64,000 nt of DNA from the human T2T-CHM13v2.0 reference genome, Homo sapiens, in assembly GCF_009914755.1 (NCBI RefSeq), contig NC_060935.1; one strand, 5' to 3'. The position numbers were made by a program, and so were the translations under genes. The notes below the pieces were generated by a model. That model searched no databases, had not been told where the DNA came from, and was given only the letters and a program-made list of their open reading frames with translations. Shown piece after piece: positions 39,411 to 53,830 of the stretch (position 1 is the first letter of the stretch; every line of letters begins with the position of its first letter).

Positions 39411-41038
39411 ATTGTAACACTTTATTTTCTTATGTTTGATTTTTAATTTTCTTATCTTTTCTTATTTCATGTTTTAGAATCACTTGTCTAGTTGTGCCAT
39501 CTCATAGCCAAACTAAGAAGTCAAAAGGGCCCAGAAGTATTTGAAGGAACTTTTTCTTTTTAAAAACTACCATATGTACAGGAACACTGTGTTTTCTATG
39601 TATAAAATGCTACGTCTAACCATGAGAAATTTCGTGAGTGATCCTAAAGTACATCATGTTAGCAGATGGCCTTGGGGAAATATATCCTTTAGTTACACAT
39701 CAGTTTCTGAGCTTCCATATTTGTTTCTTTGATTCTGTCACTCATTAGCAAGAATAAGAATTGCCTGAGGAATAGGTTTGTTGGTAACACCAGTGTCTGT
39801 TAGTTAAGAATATGTGTCAGAAATATATCCATTCAGTGGGGTTGAAGAGCATGAGGGAATTGAGCTGAGTCAATTCAAGGCTACTGTACTAGTATGGATT
39901 CTGGGTCTTGAATATTTCAGACAATCCAGACTGAGTTGTCACTGAGTATCGCAAGTGGCAATTAAAATGGGACTATCTAGGGTTTTTCCACTGATGTGTG
40001 GACAAAATAATGCTGCTGAACCTGTTTTAAAGATTGCCCTTATATTAATAAATTATCTTTATCTGTAGTTATGAACACTTTAAATAGGATTATAGATTAG
40101 GAAGGATCTTTAGAGATCATCAGCCCTATCAAAGTCCTGTTCTCTGAGCAGCCGGTGAATGTGAAAGTCCATGTTTATCTGAATACAAGCCCTGTGCTCT
40201 TTCCTCTTTGTCCTCTTTGCTTTCTTACCAAGTATAGAATTACTTTGGTTTCTTTTTTTTTTTCCTGTGAAACTGTTGTTTATATCTCTTGAACCTCAGG
40301 CAAGGGCAATCAGAATGTACAAAGTAATGGAACAGAGCTGAGAGCTGAGTTGGGATGAAAATGAGAAAAAAGGAAACACATATTTTCTTCCCCCTTTAGG
40401 TTTAGAAATGGGGTTGAACTCTTAATAAGATTTTTTGCATCTTGTTATATAATCATTAGATTTTTGAAAGTGGAAGAGACCTCTCTGATTATATATTACA
40501 AACAAATAATTTTATAGTTGCAAAAATGGAAATCCAGGTAGGTCAAATGACTTGCCAAGCTGATTTGTGAAAGAACCAAGCATAGAACCCAGATATTCTT
40601 ACACCCAAACCAGATTTTCCATTAACTCACACTCCCTTTTTTCTTTAAGTAAACCACAAGTCACTTCTCTAGTGATTTAATGCACTGGAAAACGGACCAG
40701 AAACACTTTGGTACATTTTATATTCATTAGCTAATGTGTATGAGAGGCCTCAGAAAGACTGGGCCTGCTTACTTCAATGTTTTTCTCTAGCTTAGCCCAT
40801 TTCTGACCACCCAGCTCCTCTTTCAGAGTCCTAAGGCATTTGTTAGAGTTGAAAGGGGATTTAGAAATCATCAGTCCAAAAACTATCAAGCTGCATGTTT
40901 CAGAAGCTGATCTTTCAAAGGAGATGCTTTAAGAGACACCTGTCTCTGGTGCTTGAGTGGGTGAGTCACGTACTTTAACTAGAACATCTTCACTTTCCTC
41001 GGTATTACATATGGTGCGTGTGTATAAGATGCTGTTTA

Positions 41039-41359
<321 letters not shown>

Positions 41360-42709
41360 TTAAGAAAAAAAAAAAAGATATAATGGACCAAGTCAGCCCT
41401 CTTGCTTTTCCAACATATTTCAGGTAAGACATTTTGAGTCCCAACTAGGGGAAAGAAACTCATGCAAGGTTACGCAGCTCAATTTCACTATGAATATGAT
41501 GAGAAACAAGCACAAAAAAAACATATTTCCTCAACCTAAAAATCAGGACACAAGGTCTGATAAGTCTAGGTACACTTATGGAGACAACGGGCCAGAATAT
41601 TTGAAATTGAGACCATCCCAGAAAACCCATAATATACGGTCACTCCAGGAATAAGGCAAGAATAATTCCTGACTCCAAGACTAGCTTGAGTGACAGGTGA
41701 ATGAACTATGGTATAGAGTCACAGAGGGTGACCGCTACTTCTTTCCTATTTTCTGCATTCTTTGATATATGATAGGACCTGCCAAATCCTATTGATTTCA
41801 GTGATGATTTCTGTATTAAGATCTATACTTCAATGGCTCCTTTGGACTTCTTGGGCAGGCTAGACTCTCAGCTTCTGGAATGCTTTGGGAAAGTGGGCAT
41901 GATTCAGTAACGAATCTGACTTCTGATAAATCAGGTAGGGGCAAGCCTTATGGTATGGCAGCAACTACGGTTTTAATGCCAGTAGTGGTGGGCAGCCATA
42001 GACAATATACGTGTCCCTTAAAGTTTGTAAGAGCTTCGAATTGCCACAGCATGAGGTACTCAAGGAACATGCCTTAGAAAATAAATGAGTACATACAACA
42101 GAATGTGTAGTACTGGCACAATAGTCTCTCAGCCTGGCTGACTCTGCTCAAAACACGGCACCGTTGTGCATTAAATATGTTACTTATATAATGATACACA
42201 TCATCTTTAGAGCTCAGATCTCAGCAAATATAATGGCCGTCAGAAGGCAGTGAATGTGCTTTGGAAGATTGCTGTGCTGGTCCAGTTCACAGGCCAGCTT
42301 AGGCAGCCAAGAGAATTATTTTTATTCTGCATAGTTCATAGTGGTTGATCCTTCTCATCAGGAAGGCCTTCCATTTTTCCCTTTCTCTGAGTGTTTTCTG
42401 TTTTGTTTTTGTTACTTTGCTTTTTTTCTCTTTAGAAAAAGCTTGTTTAAGGGAATGTTACACAAAGCTCAAATAAATGTCATTACTTCAAAAGCCTGGC
42501 TTTCTCTAGCTGATAAGACCAGGTCCAATTTTTCTCTGTCTAGCATTTGGGCAAACCCTGCTTCCTCCAACTTAAGGATGCAATTCAAATCACTACAAAA
42601 AAAAAAAAAAAAAGGAGATTAAATAAAAAAGAACAGAAACTTCATAATTAGGGATCTTGTCCTTGAGGCAGTTAATCCCATGGTATTTTGGGCCACTGAA
42701 TCAGAAAGC

Positions 42710-42873
42710 CAGAGCTGTGAACCCTGAAGCTGCACAGGATCCTACACTTGGAAGGGCTCCGTTCTTGGCTTAATGCACTGTTGCTGTTATCTTGAAATTC
42801 TTAAGAGTTTATGAAAAAGGTTCCCTGCATTTTCATTTTGCACTGAGGCTTACAAATTAAGTATCCAACCCTA
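42710..42873 (+). mobile_element. MER91A (hAT-Tip100)
   Basis: gcacaggatcc...cttggcttaatgcactgttgctgttatcttgaaattcttaa...ctgcattttcattttgcactg. Confidence 0.82.
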
Positions 42874-42939
42874 TGGCAAACCCCATGGACATTCTTTGAG
42901 ACATTTAGGGTTATACTCGATTACCATTTCCACACTGCA

Positions 42940-43170
42940 TGGGTGAAAGCTCATGAACTGCAATTAGACACCTTTTTCACTTGCTAGCTCTTTGATTTAG
43001 ACAAGTTCCCGCTTCTTTCAGTGCCTCAGTTTTTTTATCTTTAAATGGGGATGGCAATATGACTTATCGCATAACTTTATTTGGAAGATTCACTGTAACA
43101 ATGTACCTACAACTCAGCTTAGCAATTGTTAAGAGTATGATCTCAGCAAACATTGGTTAAATAAATGAAC
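42940..43170 (+). mobile_element. MIR
   Basis: gacaagttcccgcttctttcagtgcctcagtttttttatctttaaatgggg. Confidence 0.75.
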
Positions 43171-43865
43171 AGAGATAAAACTATCTCACAGGCTCCTGGG
43201 CTATCTGTGGAACTTTGTCTGAAAAACAAAAACAAACAAACAACAACAACAACAAAAAACAACCTCTTGAATTCTCAGGAGACTAAAATATACTTCTTCC
43301 ATCCTGCTGTCTGTCTTTTTCCACTTTACATGTTTTATCCTTTGAAGACCTCACAGAATGGTCAAGGAGTCAGCAGACTTTATTTTTAAAGATGAAAAGT
43401 GTGGGAGCCTAAAACATAGACCAAACTGACCAATGAGAAACTCTTGTAACAGGCTGGGATCTTGAAGATGCTTCTACTGTTTTTTTCCTCGGTGCCAGCC
43501 TGCATCGAGACTCCACATCAGTCCTTGCAATGGTGGGTGGAGAGGGCACACTGTTTTGGGTGTGTATGCCCATGGAGAAGCATTTATTTAAGAGAATAAG
43601 CATGGCTTTAGTTTGCCTCTTTCCATCTGTGTACTCTTGATCCCATTATGGACACTGAAGGATTTAGTAGGATTTATCATTTAGTCATGTCTGTCAGTGT
43701 TTAAAAATTCGTGACCTACAGACTCTAGTCTCAAACCGGCCAAAGAAGTAATTTTAAAATAGCTCAAGGCCTTAGAAGGGAATATATGGACAATGACCAC
43801 ACTAATAAATACTAGGGGATACGGAGACCACAAAAAAAATTCCCGAACTGCCTTTTCTCCCCCAT

Positions 43866-44295
43866 TATGTTAGGCCATTTTTGCATTGCTATAAAAGAAG
43901 ACCTGAGACTGGGTAATTTTTAAAGTTTTATCATTTAAAATTTTTTATCCTGTTCAATTAAATCAAGAGGTTTAATTGGCTCACAGTTCTGCAGGCTATA
44001 CAAGGATGGCCTGGCATTTGCTCAGCTTCTGGGGAGGACTCAAGGAGCCTCATGGTGGAAGGTGAAGCGGGAGCAGGTGCGTCAGATGGCAAGAGAAGGA
44101 AAAGGTGGCTGGGGAAGCCAAACACTTTTAATCAACCAGATCTTGCAAGAACTCACTCACTAACATGAGTACAGCACCAAGCCAAGAGGGATCTGACCCG
44201 GTGACTCAAACACCTCCCAACAGGCTCCACGTCCAAAACTGGGGATTACATCTCAACATGAGATTTGTGGAAAGACAGACATCCAAACTACAACA
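43866..44295 (-). mobile_element. MaLR solo LTR (MSTA/MSTB)
   Basis: tgcattgctataaaagaagacctgagactgggtaat...ggctcacagttctgcaggctatacaag...ggggattacatctcaacatgagatttg. Confidence 0.9.
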
Positions 44296-44936
44296 CCCAT
44301 CCACTTCCATCCCTTCCTGCATCCTCCCATCCTTCCCTTTGCCTCCCAGTTGTGGCTTAAGTACTATTTGTTTCTCTTCCATTTCTCCTTCTTTCATAAT
44401 TCTTTACTAGAAAAAGCCCAAAAGAGTTATAAAAGAGTTATTGTGACAAAGCATGACTCTTCTTAGAAGACTGGAAAATAAAATAATTGAGATGTTGATA
44501 CCAGAGTTCACTTCTGAGAACAGTGGAGGAAAATGTCTATGATATATTAAAATATATATCCTGTCACATATAATTAAAATAAAATCTATTATAGTGGTTC
44601 ACCTACTCTATGGAAGACACTAAAGTTGTGTTGTAAAAACTTCATCCTGCTTATTTTCATAACAATTCTATAAGAGAATATTAGTGGGTTGCAGATTTAT
44701 TCATCACTACAGATAACAGTCAAACCAAACCTAAGATAAGACAACTCCAAAGTTCATGATATATTTATTCAATTTGCAGCAGTCATTCAAGAAAACTTAC
44801 CTGTGTGGCTACCGTGTGTAAGACTTTCTAATGGGTCTTGTGAGACTTGACAGAGATAAGTAAGACGTGGGTTTCGACTTCCAGGAATTTAAAATCAAAT
44901 ACAAAAGATTAGGCATGAGCAAAAAGGTTTGAAATA

Positions 44937-45301
44937 AGTCTGGGAGAGGTGGCTCACCCTTGTAATCCTAGCACTTTGCGAGGCAAAGGAGGGAGGCTCT
45001 CTTGAGTCCAGGAGTTCAAGACCAGCCTAGGCAACAATGAGAGGCCCCGACTCTCCCAAATATATACACACACACACACATACATACATATATACAGATA
45101 TATACACACACATATATATATACATATATACACACCTATATATGTGCCAAGTTATACTTGGCTAATATTTTTCATATATATATATACACACACAGATATA
45201 TACATCATATATACACGCATATATACATATACACACATATATACATGTATATATACATGTATGTATGTATTTTCATATATATGTATATATGTGTGTATAT
45301 A

Positions 45302-45342
<41 letters not shown>

Positions 45343-45508
45343 AATATTAACCAAGTATAACTGCACATACCTGTAGACCCAGCTACTTGAGAGGCTGAGG
45401 TGGGGAGATTGCTTCATCCTGGGAGGTCAAGGCTGCAGTGAGCCGTGATCACACCACTGCACGTCGGCTTGGGTGACAAAAGGAGACCCTGACTAAAAAA
45501 AAAAAAAA
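44937..45508 (+). mobile_element. AluJ-type Alu with a ~290-bp (TA/CA/TG) expansion and fold-back in the linker
   Basis: Left arm about 44937-45060 and right arm about 45340-45508 (gaggtcaaggctgcagtgagccgtgatc). Confidence 0.9.
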
Positions 45509-46059
45509 GTCTGCAGTATAAAAAGTTCATAATAAGTGCAGTGTGAGCAGCACAGACAACATATGCAACACACAGTGATATTCTTTTATGAGAGAAATCT
45601 AAGCTCAGTCATTTGGAATGTCTTCCTCAGAATTACACAGGACAGAATCACATTATGGAGCCTGGAATTAAAAGATGTTAGTTACCAACATAATGAAACA
45701 TGTATGTGTGGATGCCACTTCACGCAGAAAGTAATTCGTCCAGTGCTTATTTTTGCATGGTTTATATCCTCCTGTTTGAAAAAATGAAATACATTTTATC
45801 AAATATTCTTCTCAACTGCTTCCAAATATAATTCCTTCCAACTTTTGGGTTTAATACAAGCCTGGCTCATTTTGCAGTTTATACCTCTGGAAATACCTGG
45901 AAGGAGTTGGGAAAGCAACAGATTAAGTATTGGCTAGTTTGCAACACTCTATGGCCCAAGGTAACTATTGCATTCAGTTGATACTGTGCTTCTGCTGTCC
46001 TGGAGCTGGACTCAGGCCCTGTACTCTGCAAATTGTGTCCTTTCCGCATTGTCTCAATT

Positions 46060-46545
46060 AATTAGGGACAGGTATGGGGCTCTAGCAAAGATTTTGGTAG
46101 AATTTAAACTTAAGTTGAGCCTTAAAGGATGACGATGTGGACTTTGGTAGATATAGAAGGGAGGTGAGTGAGGGCACTCAGAGGAAGACAGTGTTTCAGA
46201 AAAGGCTAGGGGAGAGGTTCCCAAAATGTTCCCCAAATAATTAATAATGCATTTATAGCGTGGGTGGGTAAATATGGTCATGAGATAAAGATTAGAGAGG
46301 TAGATTGAGTACATTTTGTGAAAATTGAAATAAAAGGCTGTGAAATTTCACATTTTTTAAATTTTAGGAGATGGAGAAACATTAATTTTTAAAGAAAGAA
46401 CTGATAGATATCAGTTTCAAGGAAATAACAGCAATCAGGAGTGCTCAGTGAAGTTGGGAAGCTTGGGACAAACAGTGGTGTTTACCCATTAAGCATCTTC
46501 TACAAAGTCTGAGTAAGTGATATGCATGCCTGGTTTAGGCCAGTG
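46060..46545 (-). mobile_element. L2 fragment
   Basis: ttaagttgagccttaaaggatga...gagataaagattagagaggtag...ttttaggagatggagaaacatt. Confidence 0.6.
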
Positions 46546-46659
46546 CCTGATTCCAAGTTCTGCCAAATTTTAGTGAGCCACGCTGGGACTTCCAGCTAAG
46601 GATACCTTAATATAAAAGGAGGTCTAATTTGTTTTGTAAAATCTAGCTCAGGGAGTTGG

Positions 46660-47150
46660 AGTGGCAATACTAACAATAACAATGGCATTACTCATCGTTA
46701 AAATATGCTCTGTGTACTCCATAGCATGCTCTAGACACTCTGCAGAACATTTTACTTGGCAGTCAACTTTATGAATCAGGTATTGTTATCCCTATTTTAT
46801 AGGTAGGAAAATCAAGACTTGAAATGGCTAATTAACCACTGACCACTGTTGCTGAACCCAAGTTTATACAGCTGGAAAGCAAAAGAGCAGGGCTCAGCAC
46901 CCAGGCACTGAGAGAGGAACCTGTTTTCTACCCCTGCGTTGTGAAGTCTTCAATAGCTAAAGCCATGACATCATGGCTCTGTCATATGAATATGGTTTTA
47001 AATCCCATTCCTTTTAACATTACCAGGCATGATATTTTAGACGATTCATTCAACAACATCGAACCTCATTGTCCCCCTCTGTAATAGTGTCTTTGTAGGG
47101 GTTTTGAAAGTTAAAATTGCTAATATGTGTGAAATTTCTAGCAAGATAAA
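46660..47150. mobile_element. Two MIR fragments (antisense then sense)
   Basis: ggtattgttatccctattttataggtaggaaaatcaagac; gaacctcattgtccccctctgtaa. Confidence 0.65.
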
Positions 47151-47413
47151 TATTTCAATCAGACGAAGAACCAGCTTTGAGATTCCAGGCAGTAAGCAAT
47201 ACTGAAATCCTGACAACGTGATGGTAGTTGATCGATTAGTTTGTCACAATCCTCCAGCAAGTCACTGGGGAAGAGGGTAGGAAGGCAGTCCTGTGCCCAC
47301 TTGGCTGAGGGAGGGGACTGTCCAGGGACAGCCAGGTGCCATTACATCAGTTCACTTGGCTAATATACGAGGAGGATTCTATCAGAGAAATGTCTGTATA
47401 AAAGTTCAATCAT

Positions 47414-47701
<288 letters not shown>

Positions 47702-48028
47702 GTTTAGTCATACCGATTAATGAGGCAACAGAGTAGGGCCAGGAGGAAGACGTGAGGGCAGCATTTGTAAATATGAAGGCGCATGGACACTCAAGTCACA
47801 ATAGGTACACTTTATGTTGGAAGGATTAATTCCAGAATCTAACATCTAGAGTAGTGTGGTGCTACTACTCCCAAAGTCAAAGAGACCTTTGAGTCTATGG
47901 CCAGAAGCATTTGAAGAGAAAGGGAGCATAATTTTTCTAGTGTAGGGAGTCAGAAATAAGGTATCTCCATAAGGACTCAGACAGCTGTGATTTAGCCATT
48001 GTTCCCATTTTCAGGAATGCATTCCCAC

Positions 48029-48031
<3 letters not shown>

Positions 48032-48069
<38 letters not shown>
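48032..48069 (+). repeat. (CA)n microsatellite, about 19 units
   Basis: Directly visible. Confidence 0.97.
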
Positions 48070-48070
<1 letters not shown>

Positions 48071-48264
48071 CCAACATGCACATGTAGAACTATGTCTCAG
48101 AGAATCAGATCGGCTCAGGCACCCTAGAACTGATTCTACAGGAGAAAGGAATACAAATAATGGCAAAATGCGATAAACACATTTAATCACCTGTGTCCAC
48201 TTGGGTACTTTGGCAGTGCCTGACTCTCTGCCTCCAGAAGGACTCTGAGCCCTCAGCTTGGAGT

Positions 48265-49100
48265 TTAGCATCACTCACTATTGCTTTATCTATTTATTTA
48301 TATGTTTATGTCTCTCTTTCCCAGTAGAACGTTCATTCCATAAAGAAAGGGCGTCTTTTGTCACTTTCATTGCTGTACCTCCAGCATGTGGCACAGTTGC
48401 TACTCGATAAATAACCATTGAATGAATGTATGAAAATGCTTTTGGGCATATTTAGGTCACTGTCTTCTTTTATTCTAGAGTATAAATAATAAAAAAAAGT
48501 TTCAAAGTTTTAAAAGTGAAACCTTAAACTTAAATATGGCCCTACCTGCTCTCTGCTCCTCCTCCCCCTTGAAGATTAAATTACCATTTTGTCAAGAGCC
48601 TTTGACTGAGGTTAGAATTTGTTCTATAGGTGTAAGGTAGGTTTTAGAGTTGTTTGAGGAGGAGATTGGCATGGCAAATAGATCTCTCCTTTAAAAATAA
48701 AACTTTGGAAAGAGAATGCAGCACTCGTTGGAAGGAAAAGGGATTGGAAGCTTGGAATCCAGTTAGGAAGCTATTACGATGTGGTGAATGCGAAAACAAG
48801 TGGATGTTGGGACAGGTTGGTGGTGGTGGATGGATGCTTGAGGAGCTGCATGGCTCTGTGTAGAATGCACTATTTTCCTCACTTAATAATAATAACAGTA
48901 ATACTAATAAAGACAATAATAATACTAAATCACAAAATAACCAAAATTTATTGAGTGTCTATTCTCCACTCAGGACTCATCTACAAGTTTAGGGAGATTA
49001 AGGAAATTGTCCAAGTTTGCACACCTATTGGCAAAGGGGCAAAACTGAAATGTAGATTTAAGTGTTCTGATTCTAAATCCAGAATCTTTTCTGCCATATT
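48265..49100. mobile_element. L2 (sense 3' end, then antisense) and MIR fragments
   Basis: cccagtagaacgttcattccataaagaaagg...ttgaatgaatg; ccagttaggaagctattacg; ggaaattgtccaagtttgcacacc. Confidence 0.6.
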
Positions 49101-49422
49101 ACAAAAAAAACCTTAAAGTACAAGATGTGTACTTTATAAATACAAATACATATCACTTGCAAAATGTATTTTGATTTTAAGTGAGATGTGAGCTTCTGGA
49201 AGGCAGAAGCAATTTCTGTCTTTTATTTGTTTTTTTAAAATCTCAAAACACAGAGCCACATCTTTGGGTATGTGTGTATGTGTGGAGTACGTGTGTATGT
49301 ATGTATGTGTGTGCATGTGGCTCTCTCAGATGACTACGCCAGTCTACATATTAACAGGGGTCCATGGAGACAGACGCCTCATCCAAGAGCAAAGCCCTTC
49401 TTATGGGCAAACTCTCTGTTGG

Positions 49423-49783
49423 TGTATTAGTCTGTTCTCACGCTGCAAATACAGACATACCTGAGACTGGGTAATTTATAAAGGAAAGAGATTTAACTGA
49501 CCCACAGTTCCACATGGCTGGGGAGGCCTCTCAATCATGGCGGAAGGCAAATGAGGAGCAAAGGTATGTCTTACATGGCGGCAGGCAAGAGGGAGCATGT
49601 GCAGAGGAATTGCCCTTTATAAAACCATCAGATCTCATGAGACTTATTCACTATCATGAGAACAGCATGGGAAAGGCCCACCCCCATGATTCAATTACCT
49701 CCCACCAAGTCCCTCCCACAACACAGGGGAATTATGGGAGCTACAATTTGAAATTTGGGTGGGGACATTGGTAAATCATATCA
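49423..49783 (-). mobile_element. THE1 (B/C-like) solo LTR
   Basis: tgtattagtctgttctcacgctgc...atcatatca; perfect 5-bp TSD gttgg at 49418-49422 and 49784-49788. Confidence 0.95.
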
Positions 49784-50848
49784 GTTGGGCAGTAGGAGTC
49801 TATTTTGAGGGTTCGTTGGGGGGGTCTTCATTTAACCCTCAAATCACAGGTTGAAATTCACATGCAGAGCTCTCAGGCCTCTTAACACACTTCTCTCCAT
49901 TTGGGTGGGGGAAGATGGAGGCGTTGTGGACTGAAAGGGGTGATGCTGGGCACTGCTGGTGCTCGGTGAAATCTTTAATGTGTCCTCAAAAGCTGACTGC
50001 TCTGTGCTCTCTTCCTTTCTGCCTTGCTGTTTACTTTACACAGCAGTTGCTTTTTCTCCTGACTCTGCATGAGACTCCAGGAATAAAGAAGCTTAGAAGA
50101 GAAGGTGGGATTTGTACAAGGCCTTTGCATGAGGAGGGAGCCAGTTAGGATGAGAAAACAGTCGCCCTCATCAGGTGTACCCACAGAGGCCCTTTGCTGA
50201 GGCCTGGGCTCACAGCTTCCTTTCTTCCCCACTCCCACCCCTTTTGCGCCTCCCTCATCTCAATTGCTTTGAACCAGCCTCCTTTGTGGACATTTACAGA
50301 CAGACCCAATCAAAACCTTGTTTAGAGATTTGCAGAGGTGAATTCTGGAGGCCTTTTATTTGCATGGTGGGTGCTGTGCTTGGTTCTGCCTGACAGAGAA
50401 GAGAATGGGAAGCTCTCAGACAGCTATCAGGTCTCATGGGTACATAGGATTTTGCACTTAGTCCAGGGGGACAGATAAGCTCTGGTTTTAGTGCAGAATC
50501 TCTGGGCCCATTATTGAAGCTCCAGACCCAAGGTATAGATCTAATTTATTTTAGGAAGGAAACTGGTGTTTACCTTTTCCTCTCTTTTTTTTCTTCCCAG
50601 GACAATATTTTAAAAATATAATTATACATATTTTTATTTTCTACTGATTATCTCATTCCTTCTACCTGCCTCCCCATGGAAGCAGATAATTTCTAGCAGA
50701 TAATCAAGTTTGGATATGGCTCAGGGGGGGTTGTGACAGGGCACATAGCAAAAAGTAGCCTGTGAATCTCGGGACTTTGGAGTTTCCAAATTCCCAAACT
50801 ATTAAGCAGACTATATGCTAATATTATACCATTATATATAGTATAGTA

Positions 50849-51082
50849 CAGGTTGAGTATCCTTTATCTCAAATACTTGGGACCAGAAGCATTTTGGATT
50901 TTGGGGGGGATTTCAGAATATTTGCATTACATGTACTGGTTGAGCATCCCAAATCCAAAAACCTGAAACTTGTAATGCTCCAAAAAGCATTTTATTTGTG
51001 TGTTATGTCAGCACGAAAAATTTCAGATTTTAGGAAATTATGGATTTTGAATTTTTGTATTTGGATTGCTCAGCCTTCATGT
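50849..51082. mobile_element. Tigger4a/MER46A MITE
   Basis: TA|caggttgagtatcctttatctcaaatacttgggaccagaagc...ggattgctcagcc...TA. Confidence 0.88.
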
Positions 51083-52528
51083 ACTATGAAATAGCGTCTG
51101 AGAAGCATAAACATTACTTTTTTGTAAGTAGCTCTAAGGGAAATATCTAGAATCATTTAAGAGAGAAAGGGCTTCCTTCCCCCATCTCCATGAATAGCAA
51201 AAACACAAGGTCTCTATGTTAGTGGGTGGGAAGTGAGACATAGGAGAAAAGATGAGAAAGGAGGTCAGGATTCTCCAGTGGGAGAGCACTGAGCTGGAAG
51301 CAGCAGTGATTGCATGCCCAGATGCTGGGTAGGAGTGGAGCCATTGTTTAAAGACTGCCCAATAGGCAGGGGGCCTCTGCAGAGACAGCTGCTCAGTCCA
51401 GAACCATTGTTGCCACCACTTTCTCCTAGCACCTTCTGGGACAGAGAGGACTTCCTTCAAAGTAAGCAGGACCTCTCCCAGTGACTACCTAGCAGCTGTC
51501 TACATTACCAGAACTGGCCTACCCCGGGCCATTTACCCACTGTGGACAACTCCCACCTTGCAGTGTTCTGTGACTCTTAGAAGCCACAAAGAAGTGATTC
51601 ATTTGACTACAATAAAGAAAATTTTAAATTGAGATCTTTTCAAAAATCTACCATTTATAAATTGGCCTACTTTCCTGAGGCAGAGGTTTTATTTTTCCTG
51701 ACAATATGTAGAAGAAATTGTATAAATTCCTACCTAAACTACTCAAAGGAAAATGCATAAAATCCCCCCTCCTCCTCCCCAACATCTGCCACCCAAAAAA
51801 GTTTCTTAGAAATGAGATTCTCTTCCTCGGCCCAATAGCAAAGTGCATTCCTTGAGAAATGTGTAGCTTTCAGACAGGGGCCATGCTTCTGTGATTCACA
51901 GCCTGAAGACATGTCTCTTTCTGAGTTGATCCACACAGAGAAATAGCTGTTGAGTATTAAAAAAATCAAGAAAGGACACACACATATCTGGGTTTTGGCT
52001 TTTTTTTTCGTATAATAGAAATATCTAGCAACATTGAGCCACATCATCATGTGCTGTTCCCTTGCAACCTGACAGCTCGCAGGCTTACCACCCACCTCAA
52101 GTTCTCACTGTGTCTTTGACATTGAGGCAAGGCTAGGTGTATCTACCCTTGAGTTCAGGTTTCTGGCATCTTTCCCTTCTCACATTCAGCTCTTCACTTT
52201 TATATTACCCTCAAGGGCCTTGAAAGCATTACAATTTTGTCTTAGAGCAGTAGCCTCTGCTCTTGGCCCCAAACAAATGTTTGCTTTCATGATTTAGACT
52301 AAAAAGAATAGTCATGGGCCACATGAGCTGGTCCATTTCCCCATCTGGGAAATATCTGTGGGCATTTGCTTGTGGAAATAATACCTCAGATTGCTTTAAT
52401 TTTTTTTTTAATCTGAATCTCTAAATTGTTCTCCCTAGGTCTCAAAAATGGAGAAGAGTGGGCAGAGACAGGACTCATTAACACTGACCTGGAGCTTTCA
52501 ACCTATGTGAGAGCTCTCCAGCTAGACT

Positions 52529-52958
52529 CATTACCAAAACACCAAGAGTTCAGTATAGGCTCTGCTGCCCACTGCGCAGAATGCCAATCACTGAGACAAC
52601 AAGTGTTATCAAAGAGAAGGCTTTAATAGGGTGCTGCAGCTGAGGAAAATGGAGATAAAGTCTCAAATTCATCCCTCTGACCAATAAAATTGGGAGGTTT
52701 ATATAGCAGGGACGTGGGAAAACAGGAATTAGAGGGGAGTAAGGAAGTCATCATGATGGATGAGGGGTGTGGTGTCTCATTGTCTGGATGTGGTGATCTA
52801 GTAAGTTTCACTCCTTTGGCTGAGTGTTGGTTTCCTGAGGAAGGAACTCAAATGAAACAATCTAAGCTACAACTTTTAAGACCATGGAGAATCAATTTTT
52901 ATGTTTACTTAAAAAAAAGCATACATATTAGTTGTATGGGACAATCGGACTGGTTTCA
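52529..52958 (-). mobile_element. ERV solo LTR (LTR47/LTR26-like)
   Basis: Minus strand begins tgaaaccagtccgattgtcccata; contains gagttccttcctcaggaaacc, a TATA (ctgctatataaacc) and attaaagccttc. Confidence 0.8.
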
Positions 52959-53299
52959 TACTCACTCTTAATTTGTACTCCACCCCCAAATTGATTAGCT
53001 GTGGGCTCTATTTGTGGCTCTGCATATCGCTTATAGATGACTTCAGTATTCTTTATGCCCCACCCCCATGTCCTGCCTTGCTTGTAATTATGTGGTTTCT
53101 TGAAGATTATGCAGCTCTAAAGAACAGGAATTTGTTTGAGGCTGTCTACCTAAGGAAATGAGCACTCTGTGGCTTGGAATTATGCCAAATGTGTTTGATA
53201 ATTAATTATGTGACTTTACACAAGCAATTTGCCCTGCTAGTGCTTCAGTTTCCTTTTTATAAAATAAGACTAGACCTAGAGTGACCTCTAGTAAATCAT

Positions 53300-53830
53300 G
53301 TAAGTGATTCATTCAAAAAAAGTATCAAGCACCTACTACATCAAAGGCACCGTCCTAGGGGCTGAGAATATAAAAGAAGGAAATGGCAATGGCACCACTC
53401 CAGCAACTTAAAGTCTGCAGGCAGAGCCTTATGCCTTTTTATTTATCTGTTTATTATCTAATATAATGTATTGTAAGTATCTGTACCTGTAATGAAAAAT
53501 ATATACACATTATTTAGAAAGCAGCATGGTAAGGGTGGGCGTACATATGCACACAAACATGTGCAATTGTTGAATAAGAACTCTTGCAGGAAATGAGGAC
53601 ATCCTCAGAGGAAAGGTAAGTTTTGTGTGGATCTTGAAGTATGAACAGAATCTTGATGGAATTCAAGGCTAAGGGAACATCATGTGAGGTATTTGGGATG
53701 ACTGAACAAATCAAGGTGTTTGGGATGTAGGAAATTTGGAATGACTGAAAGTGGGGCAGGTGATGTAGGCAGGTTCCACCAGAGACAGTTTTTAGAAAGC
53801 TGTGTATACCATGCTCAGCATTGTAGAAAG
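53300..53830 (-). mobile_element. L2 fragment
   Basis: gattcattcaaaaaaagtatcaagcacctactac...cctaggggctgagaatata...ggatcttgaagtatgaacagaa. Confidence 0.7.

Noticed and set aside
51216-51620. Possible very old LTR (TG start, AATAAA near the end)
   Set aside because: I could not match it to a family or find a TSD by eye.
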